This document shows, piece after piece, positions 36,625 through 47,570 of a stretch of DNA of 64,000 nt. The position numbers were made by a program, and so were the translations under genes. Origin of the DNA: Podarcis vaucheri (taxonomy: Eukaryota); NCBI GenBank assembly GCA_965113315.1, contig OZ220376.1. One strand, given 5' to 3'. Each line of letters opens with the position of its first letter. Within the stretch, counting starts at the first letter, position 1. A model generated the notes under the pieces. The model was not told where the DNA came from. It did no database searches and saw only the letters and a list, made by a program, of their open reading frames with translations.

Positions 36625-38117
36625 CTTCACTTTTGTTAATTGGATAGCACCCTTAATTGTAGAATAGAAGCTGTTGTGGTCTATTCTCTTAAGCTCTGTG
36701 GTCCAGGGCTGGTGTTTGATGCGAAGGTTATCAGTTTCTAACCGGAAATGTTACTGGAAAAACCTCTGCAGCGGGTGTGAGGAACCTTTGGCCCTCCAGC
36801 TGTTGTTGAACTACAACTCCCATTATCCTTTTTTAAGGGTCCAGGGCAGGGGCCACCCATGGGCCCTTCGAGGGCATTGGGGCCCAAGCTGCTGTCCATG
36901 TATGCAGGCAGCTCTTCAGGTAACCTAGTCAAAGTCCATTTACAGGTCCATAAGCAGGCCCCCAAACTGGGTAAGAAATGTCAAGCATTCAGAGGGGCCC
37001 AGAATTTTCTCATTGACAGGCTGTGTTGAGAAAGTAGCAGCAATTCTGTTTCATGAGTTGAGCTTTTGATTGCTTTTGGAAGCCATGCAGAGTTCCGTGT
37101 AGCTTATAGCATAAGTCTTCCTTGGCTCCGAGTTCAAAATCAAATTAGCGATGAATAGTTTCTGACAACTTTATCATAATAATGTAACGGTGATACCCAG
37201 TGCAGTGAATAGTTTAATTATTCCTCCTTTTGACAGACGAGTTTGGTGCCAGGAACTAAGTATATAATTGTTTTCTGTCTCTCTGGAATACAGTTTGGGT
37301 GCACCTGGAGCTTGCCCTCCTCTTCCTTTCATGTTGCCTTCCTTAGCTGTTAACAGGGCCTGAACAAAGTCATTCTGGACAGCTTAACCAACCATCTGCC
37401 AGACAATGGAATGGTTGGCCAGTAGTCATAATGCCCATTGCCAGGACCCAGGTTTTGGGGACCCTTGGGCAAGATGCCCAAACTGGAAGCCCCTACCTGA
37501 GTGGGCTCATTTCCTCCTCACTACCCATTTTATTGCCCCCCTTCCCTCTGGTCCAAGTCCATACCACCAGCCAGAGAGAGCAACATTCATATTCCAGCCA
37601 GGCAAAAACACTCAAGGAGGGTGTGAAGGAGGACTTGTGAGGGCAGTGGTTTGGGGAGAGGCGGTGTGGCCTGACGGGAGTTTTGAGAGCTTGAGGTTCC
37701 CCACTCCTGCTCTTCACATTTGTCTGGAGAGAGGAACATGCTAAGAGATGATGGAGGAGTTGAGTGGCAAGACATCCAGGGACAATAATGGGCCCTCTGC
37801 AGGTAGCCAGCAGTGCCAGCTCCGACACTAGTCCTGGTAATGGCAGTAACCAAAATGTGAGTGATTTCTTTGAAGTAGCTTTTCTTGTAACATGTAAGGG
37901 CCACTGCCGTATTTATGTTGGGACTTCAACTGGCATTCAACCAGCAGTCTTGGAGATGGGAACCCTCTTGCCTTCCCAGAGCACTGCATGGAAGTGCTTG
38001 GAAGATGCTCACTTCTCCCCTTCTCCTTCTACCCAGCTTATCTCGAGGACCACCCTTCTCTATACTGATATGGCTTCTTCCGAAAACTCTTTCAATGCCC
38101 TCTTCCAGGAAAGTGAC

Positions 38118-38552
38118 TGTCAGGGAACTGCCATCAGTGTCCGAGGGAGAGAGCAAGCTCCAAAGGGATCCCAGAGAGCGTCCCGGGAGTGGGAGAGGCA
38201 GCCCATCTTCTGGGGAAGAGAATCAGCATAGCTCCAGTGGAGAAGGGGGGCAGACGGGGGAATCGGTGAGGTGGTCCCATGACTCCTTGTCGGGGACCAG
38301 TGGGGAGAGGAAGGGTCCTTCGCTGCCTACGCCCTCCTTGCGCAGAAGGCTTCCGCGCAGGGAGAGTAGGAGGAGACTTGGCGTCAAAGAGCTTTTTTGC
38401 TGGAAGAAGTTTAAGAAATGCCCACTGACGGATTCTGCCAGCGATTGAGACAGCCACGGGCGAGTGGCTGCCCAGACAGGAAAGGTTCACTCAGGCAACC
38501 CAGCCAGAGGTTGGGACAAGCTTACGCACGAGCAACCCCTAGAACCATTACA
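38118..38552 (+). mobile_element. Solo LTR, Gypsy-like (435 bp)
   Basis: TGTCAGG...ATTACA ends with perfect 5-bp TSD GTGAC (38113-38117 and 38553-38557); GC/CpG-rich. Strand is tentative. Confidence 0.85.
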
Positions 38553-39071
38553 GTGACCTTAGAAGAGGGCATCAGAAGCTGCCTCAGACTGAGTCAGACC
38601 TGTTTATCTCAGTTCCATGTAGCTTGACTGGCAAGGACTTAATAGGAATTCAGGCAAGGTTGTCTTCCAGCCCTACCTGGAGACGCCAGAGACGGAACCT
38701 GGGACCTTCTACATGCAAAACAGATGTTCTGCCATTGAGCTGCTAACCTTCTGGGTCTTACCTGGCAGTGCAGATGTCCCTGTTCAGCTTTGTCACTGCA
38801 TCCCTGTAGCTTTCCTAAGCAAGATGCATCAATCAAAGAATCATAAAGAGCTAGAATGGGCTGCTGGGGGCGTGTTGTCCAACCCTTGTCATGGCAGAGC
38901 TGACAGTCAGTTTAGGCAGCTCCCAGCTAGATGGCCCAGTGGTCTCACTTGGTATGATGCAACTTCCCGAGTACCGAATGCAGCCACTGGTCATTGGAGG
39001 ACAGGACACAGCTCAGTGGTAGAACGCAGATTTTGTATGCAGAATGTCCCATGTTCAGCCTCCAAGAAGTA

Positions 39072-39297
39072 CAGTGGTACCTCAGGTTACATACGCTTCA
39101 GGTTACAGACTCCGCTAACCGAGAAATAGTGCTTCAGGTTAAGAACTTTGCTTCAGGATGAGAACAGAAATCGTGCTCCGGCAGTGCAGCGGCAGTAGGA
39201 GGCCCCATTAGCTAAAGTGGTGCTTCAGGTTAATAACAGTTTCAGGTTAAGAACGGACCTCCGGAACGAATTAAGTACTTAACCCGAGGTACCACTG
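39072..39297 (-). mobile_element. Tigger-like MITE family A, copy 4 (reverse), inserted in a tRNA-Ala SINE
   Basis: TIRs plus TA TSD; SINE head at 39003-39071 resumes at about 39300. Confidence 0.92.
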
Positions 39298-39982
39298 TAT
39301 AGCTGGGGGAGACTCCTGTCTGAAAATTGCTGCCAATAGGCATAGACAATACCAAGGACCCAGATAGATCAGCTTCCTGTCCTCACTAGATGAATAGAGA
39401 AGTTGCTTCCCAGAATTATTAATGTTTCTTTTAGCATGGAATCGTGCAGCTATAAAGCCATGCCTCATCAGGTTCGTAAAGAGGAAGAGGAGCATGACAG
39501 TTACCTGTTGCTATTTTGCCCGGCGGCTCTTCAGGAGTAGATTTGCAGGTAGTTGCAATAACCAAGATGGTTAGAATTCTTCATCTCGGAGGGAGTGGGG
39601 GTGAGCCCACACCCCCCATGAAGTGACAAGCAGGAACCAACTGTAAACAGAAGCCTTCTAATTCCGACAGGCGTGATGGATGAAAGAGAGAGCATCATTG
39701 ACCTGGTTTCACTTCGTTAAGCTTTCCAATTAAGCAGGGGTGCGAATAGAAAACGAGTCTGCAGGAATATCTGCAGCCATCAAGCACAGATGTTTTGCAG
39801 AAGTGTGCATGTTTCTTTTGTACTTAACAAACAAACAAACAAACAAACCACACAACTATTTTCCTTAAAAAAGAAAAATCTCATTGAACTTGGGGAGGGG
39901 GCAGGGTTCTTAAATTCCCATCTTCTTCCCAGAATTTGAGTTCTGGAAAACATGGTCATAGTGGCTAGTACGCAGAGTAGTA

Positions 39983-40226
39983 CAGTGGTACCTCGGGTTA
40001 CATACACTTCAGGTTACAGACGCTTCAGGTTACAGACTCCGCTAACCCAGAAATAGTACCTCGGGTTAAGAACTTTGCTTCAGGATGAGAACAGAAATCG
40101 TGCTCCGGTGGCGCGGTGGCAGCAGGAGGCCCCATTAGCTAAAGTAGTGCTTCAGTTTAAGAAAACAGTTTCAGGTTAAGAACAGACCTCAGGAACAAAT
40201 TAAGTACTTAACCCAAGGTACCACTT
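39983..40226 (-). mobile_element. Tigger-like MITE family A, copy 5 (reverse)
   Basis: TIRs (terminal G mutated to T), TA flanks. Confidence 0.9.
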
Positions 40227-40795
40227 TACTAGCATTGGATACAACCCTTTGTTCTTGGATTATTTCTGACATACATTGACTGAGATAAAAACTTGGAACT
40301 GAACATTTCAGTCCTGCTGGAAATTATGTCTGAGGACATTAAGGGGTGGGGCAGGCACTTGCTCCCCTTCCGCATCACACCATTGAATGGAAACTGCCTT
40401 ACGCTATGCAGTGAGGAGACCACCAGAACATTTTCAGCCTCCTCTTGAGCCAGAGGACAGGGATTTAGAGCTGCTCTTGATCCCAGTTCTGGGACCGAAG
40501 GAGCTCCAGCTTATCCTCAGGAATGTAAGGATGCAGCGATTTCCATCCTGTTCTGGATTCATGGCAATCAGCACTGTTTCTATTCTGCTACAGTTCGGCT
40601 TCCAATGAAATCTTTTTTCCCCCTTCTTTTTTTTTGTCTTGCTATTTGCTGCAACCGAAACTTACACAGTTAATTAGATAATTAATTTTAGTGAATTTCA
40701 ATGAAAGGGAAATGTCAAAAACAAAGCAGAAAAATAATGTATTGGCTTATGTAATGTTTGTGGACTAAAAAAAACCCCCCAATACTGTGAATATT

Positions 40796-40799
40796 AATA

Positions 40800-40851
<52 letters not shown>
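40796..40851. repeat. (TAA)n microsatellite
   Basis: Directly visible, about 65 nt upstream of the candidate exon. Confidence 0.95.
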
Positions 40852-40916
40852 GGTATGTCTACTTGCAATTGGCCTCTTTGAAATAATCCATTTATTCTTC
40901 TGTGTTCTTCTTGCAG

Positions 40917-40955
40917 GATCAGCCTCTCAATCCTTACAAAGGCTTGGAAACCCAG
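40917..40955 (+). CDS. Candidate 39-nt frame-preserving microexon of an unidentified host gene
   Basis: Acceptor TTCTTCTGTGTTCTTCTTGCAG and donor CAG|GTTAGT; all three frames open (DQPLNPYKGLETQ / ISLSILTKAWKP / SASQSLQRLGNP); lies in unique sequence. Coding status is not established. Confidence 0.5.
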
Positions 40956-43900
40956 GTTAGTTCTTTATTATCATGTCCTCTTCTTAAAGTCTTTATTCAA
41001 ATTCTGGGTTGTTCTGGCATGCCCTTCCTTTGAAAGCCAGCAAAGCCAGGATGTCGCCTGTCATTACATCTCGACTGTGCCTTGTTGAAAAGTGTACATT
41101 TTGTCAGTTCTAAGGATGTCATTCCCACCTTGGAGGTGAAGCAACCTATTTGTACTGCACTTTCTGTATCGTCTCTTTATTTCTTTGCTCATCCTCCCAG
41201 ACAGATGGCACGTTGGGAAGAAAGACAATGGTGTCTCTTTTCAGATTTTCACCTTCAGTGTAAAAAAATGCATCGTGTGTCAGACTTTGCTTTTAAGGTC
41301 ACCACGATGGGAAGTCTTTCACATATTCAGTGAGAGACATGTTCAGTTTATTTATTATTTATTAAACAAAATTTTGGACCACTTTGCACCATAAAGCCAT
41401 TGAAGTGGGTAAGAGTGGGGAGAACAGAGTACAAGACAGACACGCAAGCTCTAGGCATAATAAAATCAGTTTAGCAAACTCTGAAACAATAAAACCATCC
41501 ATACAAACTCTATAAACAACAAAACAATTTCATCAGGCTTCCATAAATGACTGAGTCATATATTTGCAGCCCTTTGTGTGATGGTGTCATTAAATTCCCT
41601 TCTTCATTTCTTTGATTGGGGTGTGTGTGACAATTATCTTGGTGACAGGGATGCAGCGAGATGGCACAGATTTAATCCGTTTGCCTCAAGTGTGTCTGAT
41701 ATCGTTGGCAGCTAGAATAAGTATTTCTGCCCTTGCCTCCTGATCTCTTAGGGTGGTATCCAACTGAGAGTAGACCCACTGAAATTAGTGGCCTTCACAA
41801 ACTTAATTTCAGCAGATCTTCTCTGAGTTGCCTACAACCTTTAACTCTTATTGACAGATCTTCTTTTTATGCCATTGGCTTAGCTGCTGTGATGTCACAG
41901 CAGCAGCTCATGGAAGCTGAGTGCTAGCTACAGTCCACAATGAAGCTGCTGTTAAACTGCTTCACCTTTTGCCCATGGGCAGTAGGTTTTAGAGGTTGTT
42001 AAAAGGAACTTGGCTTGTGTGGTTTTCTGTGGCTATTTCATAGCCGCCTGTTGAAGAGGGAAGAGGATGGTCGCAGCTTGTGCATAGAATGGCTTTTTAA
42101 AAGTGTACTGGTGGGAGTGGTGTCTACCACAACTTTACCTCATCATTGAGTAAAAACAACCAGCGCTACTACCGGGCAAAGACCTTTCCAAAGCTTTTTA
42201 GATGTGATTTCAGTTCTGCCAAGTGATTCTGCCGATGCTACTTTTGTGATTTTGTGACCTCAGTTTATTTTGTCATCAGTGGGTGTAGTGTGTGTGTTGT
42301 TGTTAATCATTTTATTCATATTTTTTTAACCACCCTGAGAACATGATTCAAGGCAGTGTAAACCTACTTTAGAAACCAAAAAAAGGGGGGGTTTAAGAGC
42401 AGCATGCCTCTTAGGAATGGGGGACAAATTCAATATAATTTGAATATATCAGTGAACCTGCCTAATAATTCACACTTTCTGGAACAGTACAATGCAAGCA
42501 TCCTTCAAAACAGGAAATTATTTGCATTTTCCAATGCTGTTCTCCAGCCCAATAAATGTGTTCAAAAATGCGTGTAGTGAGATCAATGGGCAGGGAATTC
42601 CAGAGAGTAGGTCCTGCTGCCACACTGTAGCTTGGATTCCTTGGAAGCGTGGAACAAAAGTCATGTGGCAACTGTAAAAAATGCCAGTTATCCAATTGGT
42701 CACATGATTGCTAATGGTGGTGGTTTGGGGAAAGGGAGCCAAAATGGCACCCAATCTCACCAAGACTGGTAAATCTTTCCTGCCTCAGTTCCTCCCTGAA
42801 CACAGCTAGGTAGTGTGCGCATGTATGTGTGCATGCATACAGTTGACCACAGTAGACATCGAGCATTTTAAAAGTCAGGAATTGCCAAGCCTGAGGCCTG
42901 TGGTTTTCCATTTAGCCACAGAGCGTGTATAAAATGTCTTTGGCATCTGCCCTTCTAATTTGCCTTCCCCAACCCGAATGTAGTTCAGCCTTCATGCGTA
43001 TTAATTCCTTGCTAAGTGAGTGCCAAGGCGAATGCCAGCTGGCTTTCAAAGACTCTGTGGTCCCCCCCCCACACTTTTTTTCCAGGAGGACATAAATATT
43101 TCCAGCAGGCAGAAGAAACTGTGCTTATACACTCACACATGCACACCTGTTCTTAAATAATTAAGATAGAGATTAAGTGTGTGGTTCTACATATGGATAA
43201 GAGCAAATGGGGGAATTGCTGGGTGTGTTTCAGAGCTGGGACTTCTCAGCCAACTGTTTTGCTAGTCTCTTTTATTTGAGATCTATTACGGGGGCCGGGA
43301 AACAGCTTTTCATGTGCGCCGTCTTTGTACCTTGCGGTGCTGAGACCGAGTCAAAGCAGTTCAAAAGCAGGAACTGAGATCAAGGAGGGCTTACCGGGGA
43401 GACAAAACTCAAATGATCGTGTTTTGCATGTTGTGAAAGGGCCAGAGTTTGAGCATCAAGAGAGATGATCATCGGAGGCAAAAAGATTTGGTTTTTGCTG
43501 CATTTTCTTCTTCTTTTCTGAAGCCATATTTCTCATGTTCAAAGCTGGCAGCAGAAAGTACGGAGGAGGAAATCTCCCATGTCTGTCAAGCAAACTCTGC
43601 ATTAGGTTCTGACTTAAACTATTGCACTTACTCCCATGTGTGTATGTTTTGAAAAGAAGAGCACATAGCAGGTTTGAAATGTTCGATGCAGCTGATTTTT
43701 TGTGTGTTTGTGTGCGTGTAGCACTATCTAATGTAAATCTATTAATTTTCCACATCACACACAAAACACCATATTGCACAACACATCAACCACTTTGCTT
43801 TAAAATATTGTATCAAATTCTTACAGTTCACTCCAGTCCCCCCCCCCTGCATATTGCCATGAGATCTCAGGAGGTTATAAACACAATGTTCTTGATGCAT

Positions 43901-44178
43901 ATAATCCAAAAATGTTTGCCACACATTATAGCAAAGATGGGGGTTAGAATTCCCTTTGGTCTCACGAATCTGGCACGTCAGCTTTTCAGCCAGGGCTATT
44001 GTCCATGCTCTGAATGCACCTGATTCTTGAAAGGTTGTAAAGCCCTATTACCTCTGGCAGCAGAAGTTTGAGGAATAATGGTGGTACTAAGCCAGGAATA
44101 GTAAACATGATGCCTTCTAGATATTGTTGGACTCCAACTCCCATCATCCCCAGGCAGCATCAGCAGTGGTCGGCTGCG

Positions 44179-44831
44179 ATGCATAAATATAGGATGGGGG
44201 ACACCTGGTGTGGCAGGAGTTCAGGTGAAAAGGACCTCGGGGTCTTAGTGTTTGACATGAGTCAACAGTGATGCAACAGTGAAAAAAAGCTAATGGTTTT
44301 GTGTACCAGATCAAGGGAAGTAATAGTATCACTTGGAGTCCTGAGTCCAGTTCTGGGCACCAGAGTTTTAAGAAGGGTGTTGACAAGCTGGAATGTATGT
44401 AGATGAGGTCAACCAAGAAGATCAAGGGTCTGGAAACCAAACCTTATCAGGAACAGTTGAGGGAGCTAGGTATGTTTAGCCTGGATAAGAGGAGACCAAG
44501 AGGTGATATGAAAGCCATCTTCAGATACCTAAAGGGCTGTCACATGGAGATGGAGCAAGCTTGTTTTCTGCTGTTCCAGAGGGTAGAACCCAAACCACTG
44601 GATTCAAATCACAAGAAAGGTGATTCTGACTAAACATCAGGAAGAGCTTTCTGATGGTAAGAGCTGTTGACAGTGGAATGGACTATCTTGGAAGGTGGTG
44701 GGCTCTCCTTCCTTGGAGGTTTTTAAGCAGAGGTTGACAGGGATTGTTTAGCTGTTTTGCTGCATTGCAGGGCATTGCACAAAGATGACCGTTTGGGTCC
44801 CTTCCAACTCTACAATTCTGTGATGCCATGA
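44179..44831 (+). mobile_element. CR1 LINE 3' end (0.65 kb) inserted in a hairpin MITE
   Basis: HKYRMGDTW...EKDLGVLV and QLRELGMFSL..RR.RGDM..FRYLKG motifs; 3' GGTCCCTTCCAACTCTACAATTCTGTGA. Confidence 0.9.
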
Positions 44832-45176
44832 TGGGTGTCGCAGTCCAACAGCACTTGAAGGGCACTGGCTGCCCCTGTGCTAAAGGACTGGAAAGGAAGG
44901 GTGGATAAAAAGAAATCTGATTTCATAACTCCTCTTATAATCCGTATGTCCAATACTTGTGAGCAGCAATTTCAGGATAAGAACATCATGGGACATTGCT
45001 AGTTGTCCACCAGCTTTAGTTTGCTGTTGGCCATGTTTGGGGCAAAGGGTTGTTGCACAGTGGTGGTGCATCTTACTTGCATACAGAAGGTCCCTGGTTC
45101 AGTCCCAGCATCTCCTGGTAGGGCTGGGAAAATCTCTGTCTGTAACCCTGCAGAGCCACTGTCAATCAGTGTAGAC

Positions 45177-45312
45177 CAGGATTTCCCAAACTTGGGTATC
45201 CAGCCGATTTTGGACTATAGTTCCCATCATCCCTGACCACTGGTCCTGCTAGCTAGGGATGATGGGAGTTGTAATCCAAAAAAACCTGGAGACCCAAGTT
45301 TGGGAAACACAG
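45177..45312. mobile_element. Palindromic hAT MITE inserted in a tRNA-Ala SINE
   Basis: 136-bp hairpin; TSD GTGTAGAC / GTATAGAT; host SINE spans about 45047-45382. Confidence 0.85.
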
Positions 45313-46454
45313 GTATAGATTGTACGGAGGTAGATAGAACAGTAGTCTGGGTTTGTATGTATATGGCAGCTTCCCATGTTCTTCAAAGTAAATGCAAGAA
45401 AAAATCAAATCAGTTGATGGCTTTCCTTTAGGTCTTCCATTATCTACTCTCCAGATGAGTTAGTGATTATCAAGCCATTGCTGATCTAGAATATGTTGCC
45501 AGCAAGGAGTGTGGGTGGATGAGTGAAAGGCAGCAGTTAACCATGCAGTTTGTACTATTAGACTAATAAATTGGATTTACTGGAAAATTTTACAATGATA
45601 TAGTATTAACTCCCAACTCGTTGATGCTTCCAGAAGTCTTATTAACGTCAGTTTCATAAATATTCTCCCTTTCCATTTTTATTATTATGCTCAAGGCAAT
45701 TTTCATCAAAACTGACAAACGTGTAACAGCAATGAACACATCAGCCTGTGAAACAATTACACCACAATATACACAGAACAATGGAATGAACTGAAACTGT
45801 TCATAATAATAAGACAGTAGACATAAATATCAAGACACTGATATCTGGTAAAATAAATTATATTTTGAAATATTACTCAGTATAATAATCAGTAAAGTCA
45901 ACCACATCAATCAGTTTATAATTCCATGTTCCCAGGGATTGGCCTTTGCCACCCAGCAGTGGAGGGAGAGAGCAGCCAGCGTCTCAGTCTCCCATATGGG
46001 AGGAAATGCTTTGCATTTGCATGTGAGACTGAGAATTTGTGCGGGAACTTAGGAGCCAATCAGTGTGCACGCTGGGTATGTTATAGCAATCTTCACAACG
46101 TTCTATTGCCAGAAGAGGCATTAGGCTGCAACGTTAGTGAGGAGGAGTGCCCTTCCTGATCTCTTAAGGGATCTTGGATCAGAAATCCAGTTCAGGGGCT
46201 GATGGGCCACAGCACCCTCTGTCAGGAGTCAGGTGGTGGAGTCTACCAGAATCAGTTTGCGCCATAGGCAGACCCCCAACAACAGTTGACTCACAGGTGG
46301 GCTGTGTGGATCAGGGATGACAGAAGTTATAACATCTGGAGGGCCACAGTTCCCCATCCATGGCTTAGGTTAGCCTCTTCTCCACAGGTACGCAGGCGCT
46401 GCTACATCATGGTTGCTGTTGAAGGGTCAGAAAGGAATTTTCCTGCATTGGCAG

Positions 46455-46563
46455 GAAAAAGGGAAGTTTTTAATGTATGATATTTTAGTGTTTTTTTGGT
46501 TTCTGTGGAAGCCGCCCAGAGTGGCTGGGGAAACCCAGCCAGATGGACGGGGTCAAATAATAA

Positions 46564-46602
<39 letters not shown>
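46455..46602 (+). mobile_element. L2 3'-terminal fragment with (TTA)n tail
   Basis: AGGGAAGTTTTTAATG...GAAGCCGCCCAGAGTGGCTGGGG...(TTA)n. Confidence 0.88.
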
Positions 46603-46666
46603 GCCTTTCCCGTAGCAAAACATCACAACTTTGGCAGTTTCAGGCCTTGGGCGGAATCCTTTAGAC

Positions 46667-47167
46667 CAGGGGTCAGCAACCCGCGGCTCCGGAGCCGCAT
46701 GTGGCTCTTTTACACCTTTGCCGCGGCTCCGGGGCGGATACTAGCGAGGGGAGGAGGCGCATTGTGCGCCCCGACACTCCCCACTGTGGTAGGCGCTGTA
46801 CTGGCTGTGACGTCGCATGGGGGCGGTGTGTGTGTTAGTCACGCACTGTCCCGACGTCACCTTCCCGCCCGCCTGCCCGCTACATTGTAAGCGGCATGTA
46901 CGCTGGTCACTGCATTGAAAGGGGGCATGTAAGCTGGTCACTGTTTTGAAGGGGAGTGAAGAACACACACACACACACAAAAAGGTAACTTGTTAATTTA
47001 ACGTTTATTTCTATGAGGAGGAGTAATTCTGAGGGGTCAAACAAAGAAATAATAAAAAAGTGACAAAAAGGTTATTTTTATAATGACGAGTTTTGCGGCT
47101 CCCAGGATTTTTTTCTTCGGAAACGGGTCCAAGTGGCTCTTTTTGTCTTAAAGGTTGCAGACCCCTG
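46667..47167. mobile_element. Young CpG-rich hAT (Charlie-type) non-autonomous transposon, 501 bp
   Basis: TIRs CAGGGGTCAGCAACC / GGTTGCAGACCCCTG; perfect TSD CTTTAGAC (46659-46666 and 47168-47175); subterminal GCGGCTC repeats. Confidence 0.95.
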
Positions 47168-47217
47168 CTTTAGACTATCTTCCTAAAGGGGGGGGACATA
47201 AAGCGGTGACCCCCCCT

Positions 47218-47570
47218 TGTGGCAGTGATCCCAGGGTTCCCTGTTAAAGGGGTCTTGAGGGGAGGCATTGGCCAAGAGGTTGTCATTGCTCTCCCCTGTG
47301 ATGGTGGCAAAACGGGGGGTGGGCTCTCTGCTTGAACATATGTTCTCCAGAGCCAGCCCAATCCCCACACCTTCTGGATAACCCTGATGTCTCCCAGAGT
47401 CCCGGCTGGGGACTGGGAAAGATAAACGCCCAATGCCTGAGCCAAGTTCTCCCTACATCTGAACCTTAATAAAGTTGTGGCCAATTTTAATCCCATAGCA
47501 TGTTGTCTTGAGTCATTATTCCACTCGGGGGTTGCCTGGGGTTGGGGAGACTCCTCCTGGCCACGCAAAA
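47218..47570 (+). mobile_element. LTR-like fragment
   Basis: GC-rich U3-like part, AATAAA at about 47468 followed by a U5-like GT-rich tract, ending CCACGCAA; no TSD found. Confidence 0.45.

Noticed and set aside
37764-38448. Overlapping 155-aa and 177-aa ORFs as a host gene
   Set aside because: They cross the LTR boundary at 38118 and show no recognisable domain.
40918-40953. Peptide ISLSILTKAWKP resembles the E2 ubiquitin-conjugating active-site motif ICLSIL...W.P
   Set aside because: Only 12 residues, the catalytic Cys is absent, the frame is unknown and no other E2 exon is visible. Likely coincidence, so no gene symbol was assigned.
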